Part shown: positions 1 through 8,719 of the stretch, in pieces
How positions within the stretch are numbered: position 1 is the first letter of the stretch
How the letters are laid out: each line of letters begins with the position of its first letter
From: a virus
DNA length: 64,000 bases
IMG/VR virus record: IMGVR_UViG_3300035694_000001
Span: 31,771-95,770 of that record
Reading direction: 5' to 3' (one strand)
Position numbers and translations under genes: made by a program
Notes under the pieces: generated by a model
What the model saw: only the letters and a program-made list of their open reading frames with translations
Told to the model about the DNA's origin: nothing
Database searches by the model: none

Positions 1-300
1 GTACCGCCGCACTCAGACTGATCATGATCACTTGGTGCGTCTGCATATGCATCAAGATCTTCTTGATCAGTTTTCCCAAATAACCCTCCGAACATTTTAT
101 ACCGCCTCCTTTCTAGGAAATATTTTTGTTTACTGCCATTTCTCGTTTTTCGATTCGGTCGCACGTAGCGCACATTCGCACTTTATCCGCGCCGAGGTTG
201 CATGGCCACCAATCTCCCATATTGTCATGAAGGCACCAGTGTCCGTGCGTCATCAGATAACGCAGGGCCCGCATCATATTCTCAATTGCTAATCTGACTG

Positions 301-621
301 TCATTTAGGGTTCTTCTCTCCTGGTGGTCGTAATTGGTTACTTACCTCGGATAAAATGTGCCGCGCGGTCTGCCGTCCCTCGGCAGTGAGTTGGTAGTAC
401 GAGCGAACGGGGCGCCCGGCTGTGGCCGGATCGATAGCTTCTCGCTCACAAACTACCCAACCGTTTTCTTCGAGCCTTCGCAACAAGGGGTAGAGAACCC
501 CAGTGTGTTGACCGACAGTTCGCATTAACTCAAATCCGTACCGTGGCGCACAGTCGTTGTCCAGCAGAGCCCGCAGCACTTTGAGGGTCTGCAGGCTCAG
601 CCGGGCATCTTTGTCGATCAT
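301..621 (-). CDS. PadR-family winged-HTH transcriptional regulator
   Basis: YGFELMRTVG..GVLYPLLRRLEENGWV..GRPVRSYYQLTAEG matches the PadR pattern. Confidence 0.85.
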   Translation of the reverse strand: MIDKDARLSLQTLKVLRALLDNDCAPRYGFELMRTVGQHTGVLYPLLRRLEENGWVVCEREAIDPATAGRPVRSYYQLTAEGRQTARHILSEVSNQLRPPGEKNPK

Positions 622-1139
622 GAGGCTAGCTGCTTCAACGCACGGCGCTCAGCCTCGGTCGTGCCTCCGGCGATCCCGGATGTGAGACCCGTGCTGCAGG
701 CCCAGCTCAGGCACTCGGCCTTCACAGGGCACCGCCGGCAGATAGCTTTAGCCCGCTGCAGCTGTCCTGCCTCGGCCGCAGTGAACACGTCGCCTAGCGG
801 GAAGAAGATCTCAGGGTCTGCGTCACGGCACGCGGCGCGGTGCCGCCAATCCTTCGTTACCATCGTGTTCACCTTCTTTCGGGCTCGACATATTGGACAG
901 TTCTTGGCTTTCCCTCGCTGCTTGAAGGCCCGTTCCCGATAGCGGTCACCCTCCCAGGTTCGAGCGAGCTTCCACGTGATGCCCTCGGCCGCCACCACTT
1001 CCAGCAGCCTGGCCCCTCGACCCTTCGCGTGTGCGGCTAGCCGGGCTTCGAGATTTGTAGTAAATCCGAGATAATGCTTGGCATGCTTGTAAGGTTTACT
1101 AAAATGCAATAAATAAATGATGCCGGTTAAATTACGCAT
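618..1139 (-). CDS. GIY-YIG-like nuclease fused in frame to a WhiB-family Fe-S regulator
   Basis: N-term IYLLHF..HYLGFT..RLAAH; C-term WRHRAAC..PEIFFP..AKAICRRCPVKAEC..GIAGG; possible internal ATG at 863 with AAGGTG upstream. Confidence 0.8.
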   Translation of the reverse strand: MRNLTGIIYLLHFSKPYKHAKHYLGFTTNLEARLAAHAKGRGARLLEVVAAEGITWKLARTWEGDRYRERAFKQRGKAKNCPICRARKKVNTMVTKDWRHRAACRDADPEIFFPLGDVFTAAEAGQLQRAKAICRRCPVKAECLSWACSTGLTSGIAGGTTEAERRALKQLAS

Positions 1140-1141
1140 TT

Positions 1142-1606
1142 CTAAACCCCATTTATCCGCGCGAATGGCCCCCATGTAGCTAAAACAAACACATCATAGG
1201 CTCTCGCCGCTATTACAGGATCTTTGAACACCCCAATGTGAACATTTTTACCGTTCACTTTAGCTTGAGACTTCCAACCCATGCGGAACGGATATACACC
1301 ACGATATGTGTTTGTATGGTTACGGTTGACACTATTTTGACTTCGCGAAGCACATCTAAGATTATGCCGCTGGTTATTTAAGCCGTCGCCATCTTCATGG
1401 TCTACTTCTTCTGGTGGTTCGCCCATTAACTGTCGGTGCATGTAGAGTGTTTTACGACGCCCGTCTTCTTGAGTTATCCATCGTGCGGCATACGCGCCGT
1501 GTCCGCAGCTGCGTGGTACGTACGTCCAACGGTGCCGGGATAGTTCAGGTAAATCTTCTTCGTCTACCTGCACCACATGACCTGCTGATATGGCTAATTC
1601 AGTCAT
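1142..1606 (-). CDS. HNH endonuclease with C-terminal AP2 domain
   Basis: YMHRQLM..VDHEDGDGLNNQRHNLR..SQN followed by YRGV..W..HIGVF..AARAYD. Confidence 0.9.
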   Translation of the reverse strand: MTELAISAGHVVQVDEEDLPELSRHRWTYVPRSCGHGAYAARWITQEDGRRKTLYMHRQLMGEPPEEVDHEDGDGLNNQRHNLRCASRSQNSVNRNHTNTYRGVYPFRMGWKSQAKVNGKNVHIGVFKDPVIAARAYDVFVLATWGPFARINGV

Positions 1607-1634
1607 AATCACTCGTCCTCGATTCCATGCCACT

Positions 1635-1663
1635 AGACTATCTAGGTTCCTAGCATCCGTCAA
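1635..1663 (-). promoter_or_regulatory. sigma70-type promoter TTGACG-17-TAGTCT
   Basis: Read on the minus strand upstream of the HNH-AP2 operon. Confidence 0.55.
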
Positions 1664-1681
1664 CCCTTTTAAGGAGGCCCA

Positions 1682-2695
1682 GTGCCTGCGACCCCCCGCC
1701 GTCACGTGGAAAATCTGATTGTGCCGGGTATGCGCCTCGGCCGCCGGCCGCATGACCCTGACCGGCCAACCTTGAAGTTATCTCGGCTCTTGACCGGTGT
1801 GACGCCGGCACACCCAGCCACGGTGGATCACTTCAGCCTCGTACCAGTGCAGAGCTGGGGTGTGTTGGGTAATGATCAGTACGGAGATTGCGGGCCCGCT
1901 GATGTCGTGCACGATCGGATGCTAGTTTCCAAGTACTTGGGGAACGTCAGTTCTACCCTTGGCACGGCTGACGCCCTCGACCTCTACAAGCGGTCCGGCA
2001 ACCCGAATTTTCCCGTCGATGATAACGGCGTGGTCATGGCCGACATGCTCAGCGAGGTCCACACAACCGGCGTCGGACCCCCTGATGCGAACAAGAACCG
2101 CACGCGGTGCGTCGCCTACGCCTCGGTCAACGTGGCTGACCTCGATGAGGTCAGAGCCGCTATCGCTATCTTCGGCTCAGTCTCCACGGGCGCCGACCTC
2201 TCCCAGGCTCAGCAGGCTCAGACCACGGCCGGCGGCCCCTGGGACTATGACGGCAGCTCCCCTGATTGGGGCGGCCATGCCTTCCTCTCGGGCTTCTACA
2301 CGGGCGACACGACGGCTGGCCGCCCGGACGTCGGAGGTTTGACGTGGGGATTCCCCATCGGCATCACTGACAAATTCTGGGCACAGCAGGCTCAGGAAGC
2401 TTGGGTAGTGATCTGGCCAGAGCATCTGGCAAATAAGTCTTTCCTCACCGGAGTTGACCAGACTTTCCTGGCCGCCGACTACAAAGACCTCACCGGCCGA
2501 GAGCTGCCCGTGAGCCCGATCCCTCTGCCTACTCCTGGCCCGGCGCCTGCTGCCGCCGTGGTCACCTCGGCTGAGCTAGCAGCCAACCAGCAGCTCGCCA
2601 CCATGGCACATGCCTTCATCCGGTACGCACACAGCGGCCTCGCCGGGCAGATGGCTGATGAGCTGGCTCGGTGGCTTGGCGCCTGGGGGCTGTGA
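1682..2695 (+). CDS. papain-like cysteine peptidase, candidate endolysin
   Basis: LGNDQYGDC (catalytic Cys), WGGHA (His), TWG; AAGGAGG RBS; lies upstream of a holin. Confidence 0.65.
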   Translation: MPATPRRHVENLIVPGMRLGRRPHDPDRPTLKLSRLLTGVTPAHPATVDHFSLVPVQSWGVLGNDQYGDCGPADVVHDRMLVSKYLGNVSSTLGTADALDLYKRSGNPNFPVDDNGVVMADMLSEVHTTGVGPPDANKNRTRCVAYASVNVADLDEVRAAIAIFGSVSTGADLSQAQQAQTTAGGPWDYDGSSPDWGGHAFLSGFYTGDTTAGRPDVGGLTWGFPIGITDKFWAQQAQEAWVVIWPEHLANKSFLTGVDQTFLAADYKDLTGRELPVSPIPLPTPGPAPAAAVVTSAELAANQQLATMAHAFIRYAHSGLAGQMADELARWLGAWGL

Positions 2696-3051
2696 TGACC
2701 GAGCCCAGGGCGATTTCCCTCGGATCACTGCTCAGTGACTTGGCAAACGTTCCCGCAAATGTCTCGGAAGTACTCCGAGATGTCAGAAAAATCCTACGAA
2801 ATCAGGAGATACAAATGGCTCTTGCTGATGACCAGCGTGCGGCCCTTGACGACCTCAAGGCCGAGGATGGCGTGATCGTGACGGCTCTGGATGACTTGGC
2901 CACCAAGGCATCGCAGACCGGCTCCGTCTCGGATGCTGACGTTCAGGCCGCGATTGATGGTATCCGGGGCGAGATCAACCGCGTGCACGCAGCCGTAGTC
3001 AAGGATGATCCGGGCGCTGTCCCCGCGCCGCCAGCTCCGGCAGGGCCGTAG
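2695..3051 (+). CDS. helical lysis-region protein with possible internal start (MALADD)
   Basis: TGATG coupling to the peptidase; internal AGGAG-N6-ATG. Confidence 0.6.
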   Translation: MTEPRAISLGSLLSDLANVPANVSEVLRDVRKILRNQEIQMALADDQRAALDDLKAEDGVIVTALDDLATKASQTGSVSDADVQAAIDGIRGEINRVHAAVVKDDPGAVPAPPAPAGP

Positions 3052-3057
3052 GCAAAA

Positions 3058-3095
3058 TCCGGGGGCTGAGCCAACGCGAAAGCCCAGCCCCCGGA
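3058..3095. terminator. GC-rich hairpin between convergent units (copy 1)
   Basis: TCCGGGGGCTG..CAGCCCCCGGA inverted repeat. Confidence 0.7.
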
Positions 3096-3099
3096 CTCC

Positions 3100-3270
3100 T
3101 TACCGCTCAGGGTCTCCTTCCTGCCACGATGACAGCACTGTGATCTGCCTACCATGGCCTTTCAGGCTATGTGATCGCAAAGGTCGGCCATCGAACGCTG
3201 ATCGGCCGTGTGGTGCGTCGTCCTCTCCGTTGTCATCTTTCTTGTCGGGAAGCAGCCCAAAGCACGCCAT
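3100..3270 (-). CDS. 56-aa hypothetical protein (not in ORF track)
   Basis: AGGAGG RBS, ATG at 3270, open to TAA at 3100. Confidence 0.55.
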   Translation of the reverse strand: MACFGLLPDKKDDNGEDDAPHGRSAFDGRPLRSHSLKGHGRQITVLSSWQEGDPER

Positions 3271-3297
3271 ACAACCTCCTAGTTGTCGAATAAAACG

Positions 3298-3358
3298 TAG
3301 GCCGCCTGGGACTCGAACCCAGAAAAGGCGGATGCTCTACCAATTGAGCTAACGGCCC
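3298..3358 (-). ncRNA. 61-nt tRNA-like RNA lacking most of the anticodon arm (tRNA-Lys(UUU)-like remnant)
   Basis: GGGCCGT/GCGGCCT acceptor, TAGCTCAATTGGTAGAGC D-arm, CTGGGTTCGAGTCCCAG T-arm; only ATCCGCCTTTT between D and T arms; no encoded CCA. Confidence 0.8.
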
Positions 3359-3363
3359 TACTC

Positions 3364-4520
3364 TCAGCAGTGAACTTGCCAGTCGGATAGTTCTGCCCCT
3401 TCCGGCGAGATATCACCTCCTCCATCCGGGTCTTGCGCGATGAGTTCCATGAGCTTGGCTAGCTCAGCCACATCGCGAGTGTCTGCGTCTACAGGCACCT
3501 CAAAATCGTGATACGAGATCCACGTAGCGGTGACTCTGATCTTCTTGGTTTCTGGCACTTAGCCTCCCTGCATGATGTTAACCACAATGGTCAAGCCGAG
3601 GGTGATAACGATAGCAGCTCCTAGCGTGATGAACGCGGTCACGGCACCTGTAGTAATCACACCTCCTACTGTGACCGCAACGATTGCGGCCAGTAGAGTG
3701 AAGATGACAGGCATTGAAAGCTCCTAATTATCGCTGTACGTACCGACTGGAAGGTGGGTACCTGTGGCGCGTTCGACCAAGTCGGCGAACGCAGATTCTC
3801 GTGAGCTAAACTCATAGTGCCCACTCATTAAATCCCAGTTAAGTACGCCAATCGGTGAATCGTCGCAACAGATTACGCAATGTGTGGAAAACCTGTCGGT
3901 GTTCATGTCTGCGCTGTGCTGTGTGATAGCGAACGCGCATGCGTATACACCTGAGCCGCCCGGCCTAAAGCTGATGACTTCAAGCACCTGAAAGTTATTG
4001 ATCAGCGCGGGCACGCTAGTTCGGAACTGCGTCTCACTGCGTCGGTTGAAGCGCACCACGTCTGACATCGGAGCCTCCTCGATTTTTGGTAGCCGGGGGC
4101 TGTGGTATCTAATACACCAGTCCTCAGCTTCTACATCTCCGCCTGGGTGTGGCCGCTCGCAGTACATTTGCTGACCCATGATGGCTTCTTTCAAAGAATA
4201 GGTTGGGGAGGTTGAGTGCCTCCCCAGACGACTTATTTGGGGCAAGGCAAATCAGGGTCGGGCACCTGATTGCCGGGCACTACCGAACGGCCGCAGCGGA
4301 AACAAGTTGCCTCCGGCTCAGCGTTGATAGCCTCTAGCGCACTTTCCAGAGTGGAGAACGGTGATCCGGGCACAGCCCCAGTGGGCATGCCGTCAGTGAC
4401 CCGCTCGACCACGTACAAACCCCAAACCTCAACGAGTTTGCAGCTACGGATGAAGGCGAACCGTGAACTACCGCCAACGCTCTTGTTCCACTTGATGGCG
4501 TTGCGAGTCTTGGCAGACAT
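3364..4520 (-). other. leftward cassette 1: hypothetical ORFs 3364-3558, 3559-3714 (hydrophobic, 51 aa), 3724-4179, 4233-4520
   Basis: Closely spaced minus-strand ORFs with RBSs downstream of promoter 4576-4605. Confidence 0.65.
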
Positions 4521-4575
4521 GGTGACCTCCCGGTCTGGGGAAGCCCCGGCGGGGCCTCTGTAACTGGTATATCGG

Positions 4576-4605
4576 ATCCTAGCATCCTAGTGTTACACCT
4601 GACAA
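4576..4605 (-). promoter_or_regulatory. promoter TTGTCA-18-TAGGAT (extended -10)
   Basis: Motif GGATGCTAGGATCCGATATACC shared with the promoter at 5028-5057. Confidence 0.7.
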
Positions 4606-4618
4606 GCAGGAGGCCTAG

Positions 4619-4696
4619 ATGTCTGAGCACGGCCAGCACGAGAAGCTAGAAGCAGTCGTGTCCGCACCAGCACCGCCAGCTCCGGCAGGGCCGTAG
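4619..4696 (+). pseudogene. chimeric mini-ORF: holin N-terminus joined to the C-terminus of ORF 2695-3051
   Basis: MSEHGQHEKLE resembles holin MTDHGQHEKVE; ends PAPPAPAGP* like ORF 2695-3051. Confidence 0.75.
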
Positions 4697-4703
4697 GCAA
4701 AAT

Positions 4704-4739
4704 CCGGGGGCTGGGCTTTCGCGTTGGCCCAGCCCCCGG
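4704..4739. terminator. hairpin copy 2 (interior inverted relative to copy 1)
   Basis: CCGGGGGCTGGGCTTTCGCGTTGGCCCAGCCCCCGG followed by a T-rich run. Confidence 0.7.
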
Positions 4740-4749
4740 GCTTTCTTAC

Positions 4750-4974
4750 CTAGTTCCCAGAATCTGTTACTGCTCCACGGGTGCCGTGAATTACTAGCGG
4801 GTCGCGTGCATCAATCTCGCTACCTGAGATAACTCGCCAGTCGAGCCAAGGCTGTGCGTTAGCTAGCTCTCGGACAGCCTCAAACGCGCTATCTCGATTA
4901 ACAGTACCTCGAATGCGTCGCTCCCAGGGCGTACATACATTCGGGTTACGTGACTGCACGTAGTACCTGGCCAT
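4750..4974 (-). CDS. hypothetical protein (cassette 2)
   Basis: AGGAGAG RBS and its own promoter at 5028-5057. Confidence 0.65.
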   Translation of the reverse strand: MARYYVQSRNPNVCTPWERRIRGTVNRDSAFEAVRELANAQPWLDWRVISGSEIDARDPLVIHGTRGAVTDSGN

Positions 4975-5027
4975 AACGCTCTCCTAGATTCTGATGGTCT
5001 GTGCTGCTCTCGTACCCGGTATATCGG

Positions 5028-5057
5028 ATCCTAGCATCCAAACGTTACACACGTCAA
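5028..5057 (-). promoter_or_regulatory. promoter TTGACG-18-TAGGAT
   Basis: Near-duplicate of the promoter at 4576-4605. Confidence 0.7.
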
Positions 5058-5067
5058 GGAGACCTCG

Positions 5068-5355
5068 GTGACCGATCATGGCCAGCATGAGAAGGTAGAG
5101 GTTTCTGGGTCGCCGGCAGCTGGAGGTAACCCATACACCAAGGCTTGGGCCATCGGCACCGCTGACCGCGCGTTGAAGAGCTTTGCCGCCACGCTGATAG
5201 TCCTGCTCGGAGGGGGTACAACGGCCCTCAACATCGACTGGCAGGCTGCCCTGGGCTCGGCGGCAGGGGCTACGCTGCTTTCCCTCCTCTTTTCGGCTGC
5301 TTCGGCGCCGCTCGGCGAGTCAGGCACCACGTCTTTGCTGCCTGGTGGCCGGTAA
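5068..5355 (+). CDS. holin, r1t-like family
   Basis: W...ADRALKSFA..IDWQAALG.A..ATLLSLLFS pattern, two hydrophobic segments. Confidence 0.85.
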   Translation: MTDHGQHEKVEVSGSPAAGGNPYTKAWAIGTADRALKSFAATLIVLLGGGTTALNIDWQAALGSAAGATLLSLLFSAASAPLGESGTTSLLPGGR

Positions 5356-5378
5356 GCGCCACATGCTAGAATCCGAGC

Positions 5379-5681
5379 ATGACGAAACCCTTACTTACGC
5401 ACACGAGCGCCGAGGTGGCGCGGGTGTTTATCCAAGCACCTGATAAAGAATACTATGGCGTGGAGATTTGCCACTGCTCTGGCATCGCCCCCGGCACGGT
5501 GTACCCCATGCTTGACGAGTGGGGTTCGCGCGGTTGGCTGACCAACCGGCAGGAATCCCAGGCCGACGCGCGCCAACGCAAGGCCCAGGGACCGCTGCGC
5601 CGATACTGGAAACTCACCCCAGAAGGGCGTACCGAGTTAACCAACTACGTGCATCGTTGGGATTCCCGTGCAGCTCGGTAA
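5379..5681 (+). CDS. second PadR-family regulator (probably leaderless)
   Basis: YYGVEI..GTVYPML..GWL..RRYWKLTPEG; TAGAAT ends 6 nt before the ATG. Confidence 0.8.
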   Translation: MTKPLLTHTSAEVARVFIQAPDKEYYGVEICHCSGIAPGTVYPMLDEWGSRGWLTNRQESQADARQRKAQGPLRRYWKLTPEGRTELTNYVHRWDSRAAR

Positions 5682-6237
5682 AGCTCTGGGGTTTGCTCTC
5701 GTTGTCACGCTCACTGCGTGCGGCTCAGCCCATCCCCACTCCCCGATAACTTTGCCCCTGGCCTCGACATCGGTTTCTGATAAACCATGTCACGCCCGGC
5801 ATGTCAACGAAGCCGATCCGCAAGCCTGGCTGCCTGATGCCTCGTGCACACCGGGGGCCACCAATCCGGCCGTCACCCTCGGCCAGCTGTGCCCTGTGGC
5901 GCACACGAAGCAGTGGCGACCGCCGGCCCGCTACACAAGCAAGCTCAAAGCCGCCCAGCTGGCTACCAAGTATGACTACGTGGACAGCACGGGAACACAC
6001 CCCATGACCGCAGTTGGCACTGAAGAAGACCATCTCATTTCGCTAGAATTGGGCGGCTCCCCGACTTCAGTTTTGAATCTATGGCCAGAACCGCACGCAT
6101 CTCTGAATGAGAAAGACAAGGTGGAGAGCGCCGCGCACGCGGCCATCTGCACAGGCCGGCTCACCCTCCCCCAGGCTCAGCAGGGCATAGCCGCTAACTG
6201 GATCGAGTTAGGCAAACGCCTCAACGTGAAATACTGA
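5668..6237 (+). CDS. lipoprotein with HNH-like nuclease motif
   Basis: Signal peptide with lipobox LTAC; EEDHLISLELGG..NLWPEP. Confidence 0.7.
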   Translation: MQLGKALGFALVVTLTACGSAHPHSPITLPLASTSVSDKPCHARHVNEADPQAWLPDASCTPGATNPAVTLGQLCPVAHTKQWRPPARYTSKLKAAQLATKYDYVDSTGTHPMTAVGTEEDHLISLELGGSPTSVLNLWPEPHASLNEKDKVESAAHAAICTGRLTLPQAQQGIAANWIELGKRLNVKY

Positions 6238-6360
6238 GCACTCAGTGTAACTAGCTCTGTGACAACGGGTGAGTAGATCTTCCCTTATGGATGACAGCTC
6301 TAAAAACCCGTGGCACACTAAATCCATGATGCACGTGCATATGGGCGTTGAGATCGGATG

Positions 6361-6967
6361 ATGGCACTCGTGCTGCAGCTCACCGACACGCAGGGCTGGG
6401 AGCATGTAGTGACTGACGAAACGATGCAGCTCGGCCGGCACACCGGCCACTACGTCACCCTCTGCGGAGCCACCGTGGAAGCGGCGAGCATGGCGGCCCC
6501 GCCAGGGCGACCATGCTCCGCGTGCCGGGCGTCTCCGCTGCGGTAACATGAAGAAGTGCTGCGCGGCTACGCAGCACAGTTCCTCTCTCGGCCAGCTAAG
6601 CCGGCTCAGCACCTTCGGGTGTTGGGCCGGCTTTTCGTGCGTCTGGGATACTCTCTGGCCGATGAAGCACCGTACCTACCGGCGCCGAGGGTGGCTGGTC
6701 TGCCCCTCCCTCGGCATGCCCACCACAGGCCTCAGCAACGTACGTGAGTGCGAGAACTGCGGGGCGCAGGTCTTGACCGCTGTAGGCAGCTGCACGGCCC
6801 TGGTGGATGCCGGCACGCTCGATCCGCAGTGCCTCGACTGCTGGCTTGACGCTGGAGGCAAACCACTGGGCATGCACCCGAATGTAGAGGCCGAGCTTGA
6901 TGCCCTCGGCCTCTTAGCCCAAGGCAGGCAGCGCCTTAGTGAGATCAACACGAAACTAGAAGAGTAG
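6361..6967 (+). other. two small Cys/His (Zn-binding-like) proteins, 6361-6546 and 6662-6967
   Basis: H..LCG..CSAC; CENC..CLDC. Confidence 0.55.
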
Positions 6968-7257
6968 CTAGGGCAGCACTCGGGTATCAGTGCGATCAAT
7001 ACCATACTCCCACGCATCCGACCAGTCATCAGGGCAGTGCCTGCAGGCGGGGTTGCTGCATACCCAGCCGTCCGCAGTGCGTTCCCAAGTTGCAGAAGCG
7101 CCGTGGAAGTACTTAGTGCCGATTGGCGGCTCAGGCGGAAGAGTAGTGTAATCACGATGCCAAGCTTTATTGGCAATTTCTAAAAGAAGGTTTTTCAGCC
7201 GCTGGGCCTCTTTAGCCCAGTACTCGGCTTCTTCTCGGTAAAAATCTTCGTTGCTTG

Positions 7258-7716
7258 TCATAGCACCACCATCACGATAGTAGTTACGAAAATCCAAAAC
7301 CAGTGCCACGATTGATCGAGCGCGTAGGCGCCCGTGCCAAGGGTAGAGTTATCGTCTTTGTTAAGGCGAGGTTGACCGAGGTGGTAGAACTTGTCTTTAC
7401 CTAGGCGCTCACAAAATCTCGCCAATGTGAAACGTCTGTCAGCCCAGTAATGACTAGCGGCGGATACCAGCAGGCCGAGGGCGATACCCTCAGGGTTGAG
7501 CGGTAGCCGGAAGATGAACATCAAAGCGAGAACAAATACAAGCAACGTAGCTGTGTAGCTCGCTACGTGAGCCGCACATGCTCGCCGGCCTGGCCAGCCC
7601 GGTAGGCCCTTGTTGCGTGCCTGAGCGTCTGTCTGCACCCAGTGGTCAGCAACGGTGTGCGCAACCAGCAGACCAAATCCTAGAAGCCCGGCAGCTTCGA
7701 TAACGTCGGTTGCCAT
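7258..7716 (-). CDS. DUF3307-like membrane protein
   Basis: AHTVADHWVQT..AAHV..SHYWADRR..DQSWH. Confidence 0.8.
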   Translation of the reverse strand: MATDVIEAAGLLGFGLLVAHTVADHWVQTDAQARNKGLPGWPGRRACAAHVASYTATLLVFVLALMFIFRLPLNPEGIALGLLVSAASHYWADRRFTLARFCERLGKDKFYHLGQPRLNKDDNSTLGTGAYALDQSWHWFWIFVTTIVMVVL

Positions 7717-8353
7717 GGTGCTCCTCTCACCTCCTTAATCCAGCCAAGTAAAACCCGGCTCAGCTCGGTTTGCCAAACTTCTGGGAGATCTTCGATTGAA
7801 GTGTCGCCGGCAAGTATGTCCAAGTACTGGTCATCTGCGTTGATGTTGGATAAGTTCGTCATACTCTCGTATCGTCTACAGGCTCCCCAGCGTTACGCAT
7901 AATCTCTTCCAACCCCCGGATAGCTCGACTACAAGCAGCTGCCTGAGCTTCCGCCACGCCCTTGCTTATTGAGCCGCTTGCTGCCCGATGAAAACAATCA
8001 CGATTGCTTCGTAGTGTCGTCAAAATTCCACGCCACACACCAAGGTCTGCTGTAGTAGCTAGACGTTGTTTGTAGGGCTCTTCCGATGTTTCGCCACGGT
8101 AGACAGTAGCCGCGTCAAGCACCACTTCAGCAATCTCTGCGTACTCGGTGCCTTGCCGCGCGAATCGTGGTCTATCTGAGCCATCTCCGTCATTCCAGCT
8201 TTGGAGTCGTGCGGCAGCTACCTTAACCACTTCTGGCGTGCCAGCCATCACCTCGGCCAGCAAATCAACGAAACGATCGGCGTTGAAAAACTCGTTTTCA
8301 ACGAGATAAGTAAGAAGTTTCTTCGCTTCGATTCGGCGTACCGGGTTTAGCAT

Positions 8354-8719
8354 CTAGTCTTCTCCGTCTCCTTTGTGTCCCTTGCACATGTCTTTGCACT
8401 CCCCGCACTCGGGGCATGGGCCTGGGCACTCCTTGACGCACCGGCCGCACTGGTTGCAGGTGCGGTGTCCTTGATCCCAGCAGATGCCGCAGATCCGACA
8501 CCACCCAGGGCAGCACGGTGCGCCGTCTTGGTGGCTGGCCGGCACGCGGTCTTGACCCTCGGCCGTGGCGCGCCTGCAGCGGCCGTGCAGGGCCCCAGGA
8601 GGTACCCGGTGCCAGCAGCCCCGGCACTTCGGCCACTCGTTGATCCGGCCGCTCTTGCCGCCGAGCTGTCCGGTCGGCGCGCCGCCAATTGGCGGGGGCT
8701 TACGACGGAAGGGCCACAT
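8354..8719 (-). CDS. cysteine-rich small protein
   Basis: Dense CxxC/CC arrays in the C-terminal half; abuts neighbouring minus-strand genes. Confidence 0.6.
   Translation of the reverse strand: MWPFRRKPPPIGGAPTGQLGGKSGRINEWPKCRGCWHRVPPGALHGRCRRATAEGQDRVPASHQDGAPCCPGWCRICGICWDQGHRTCNQCGRCVKECPGPCPECGECKDMCKGHKGDGED

Noticed and set aside
3298-3358. attP/attR tRNA fragment of an integrated element
   Set aside because: Both 5' and 3' tRNA halves are present, there is no integrase, and phage-like genes continue on both sides
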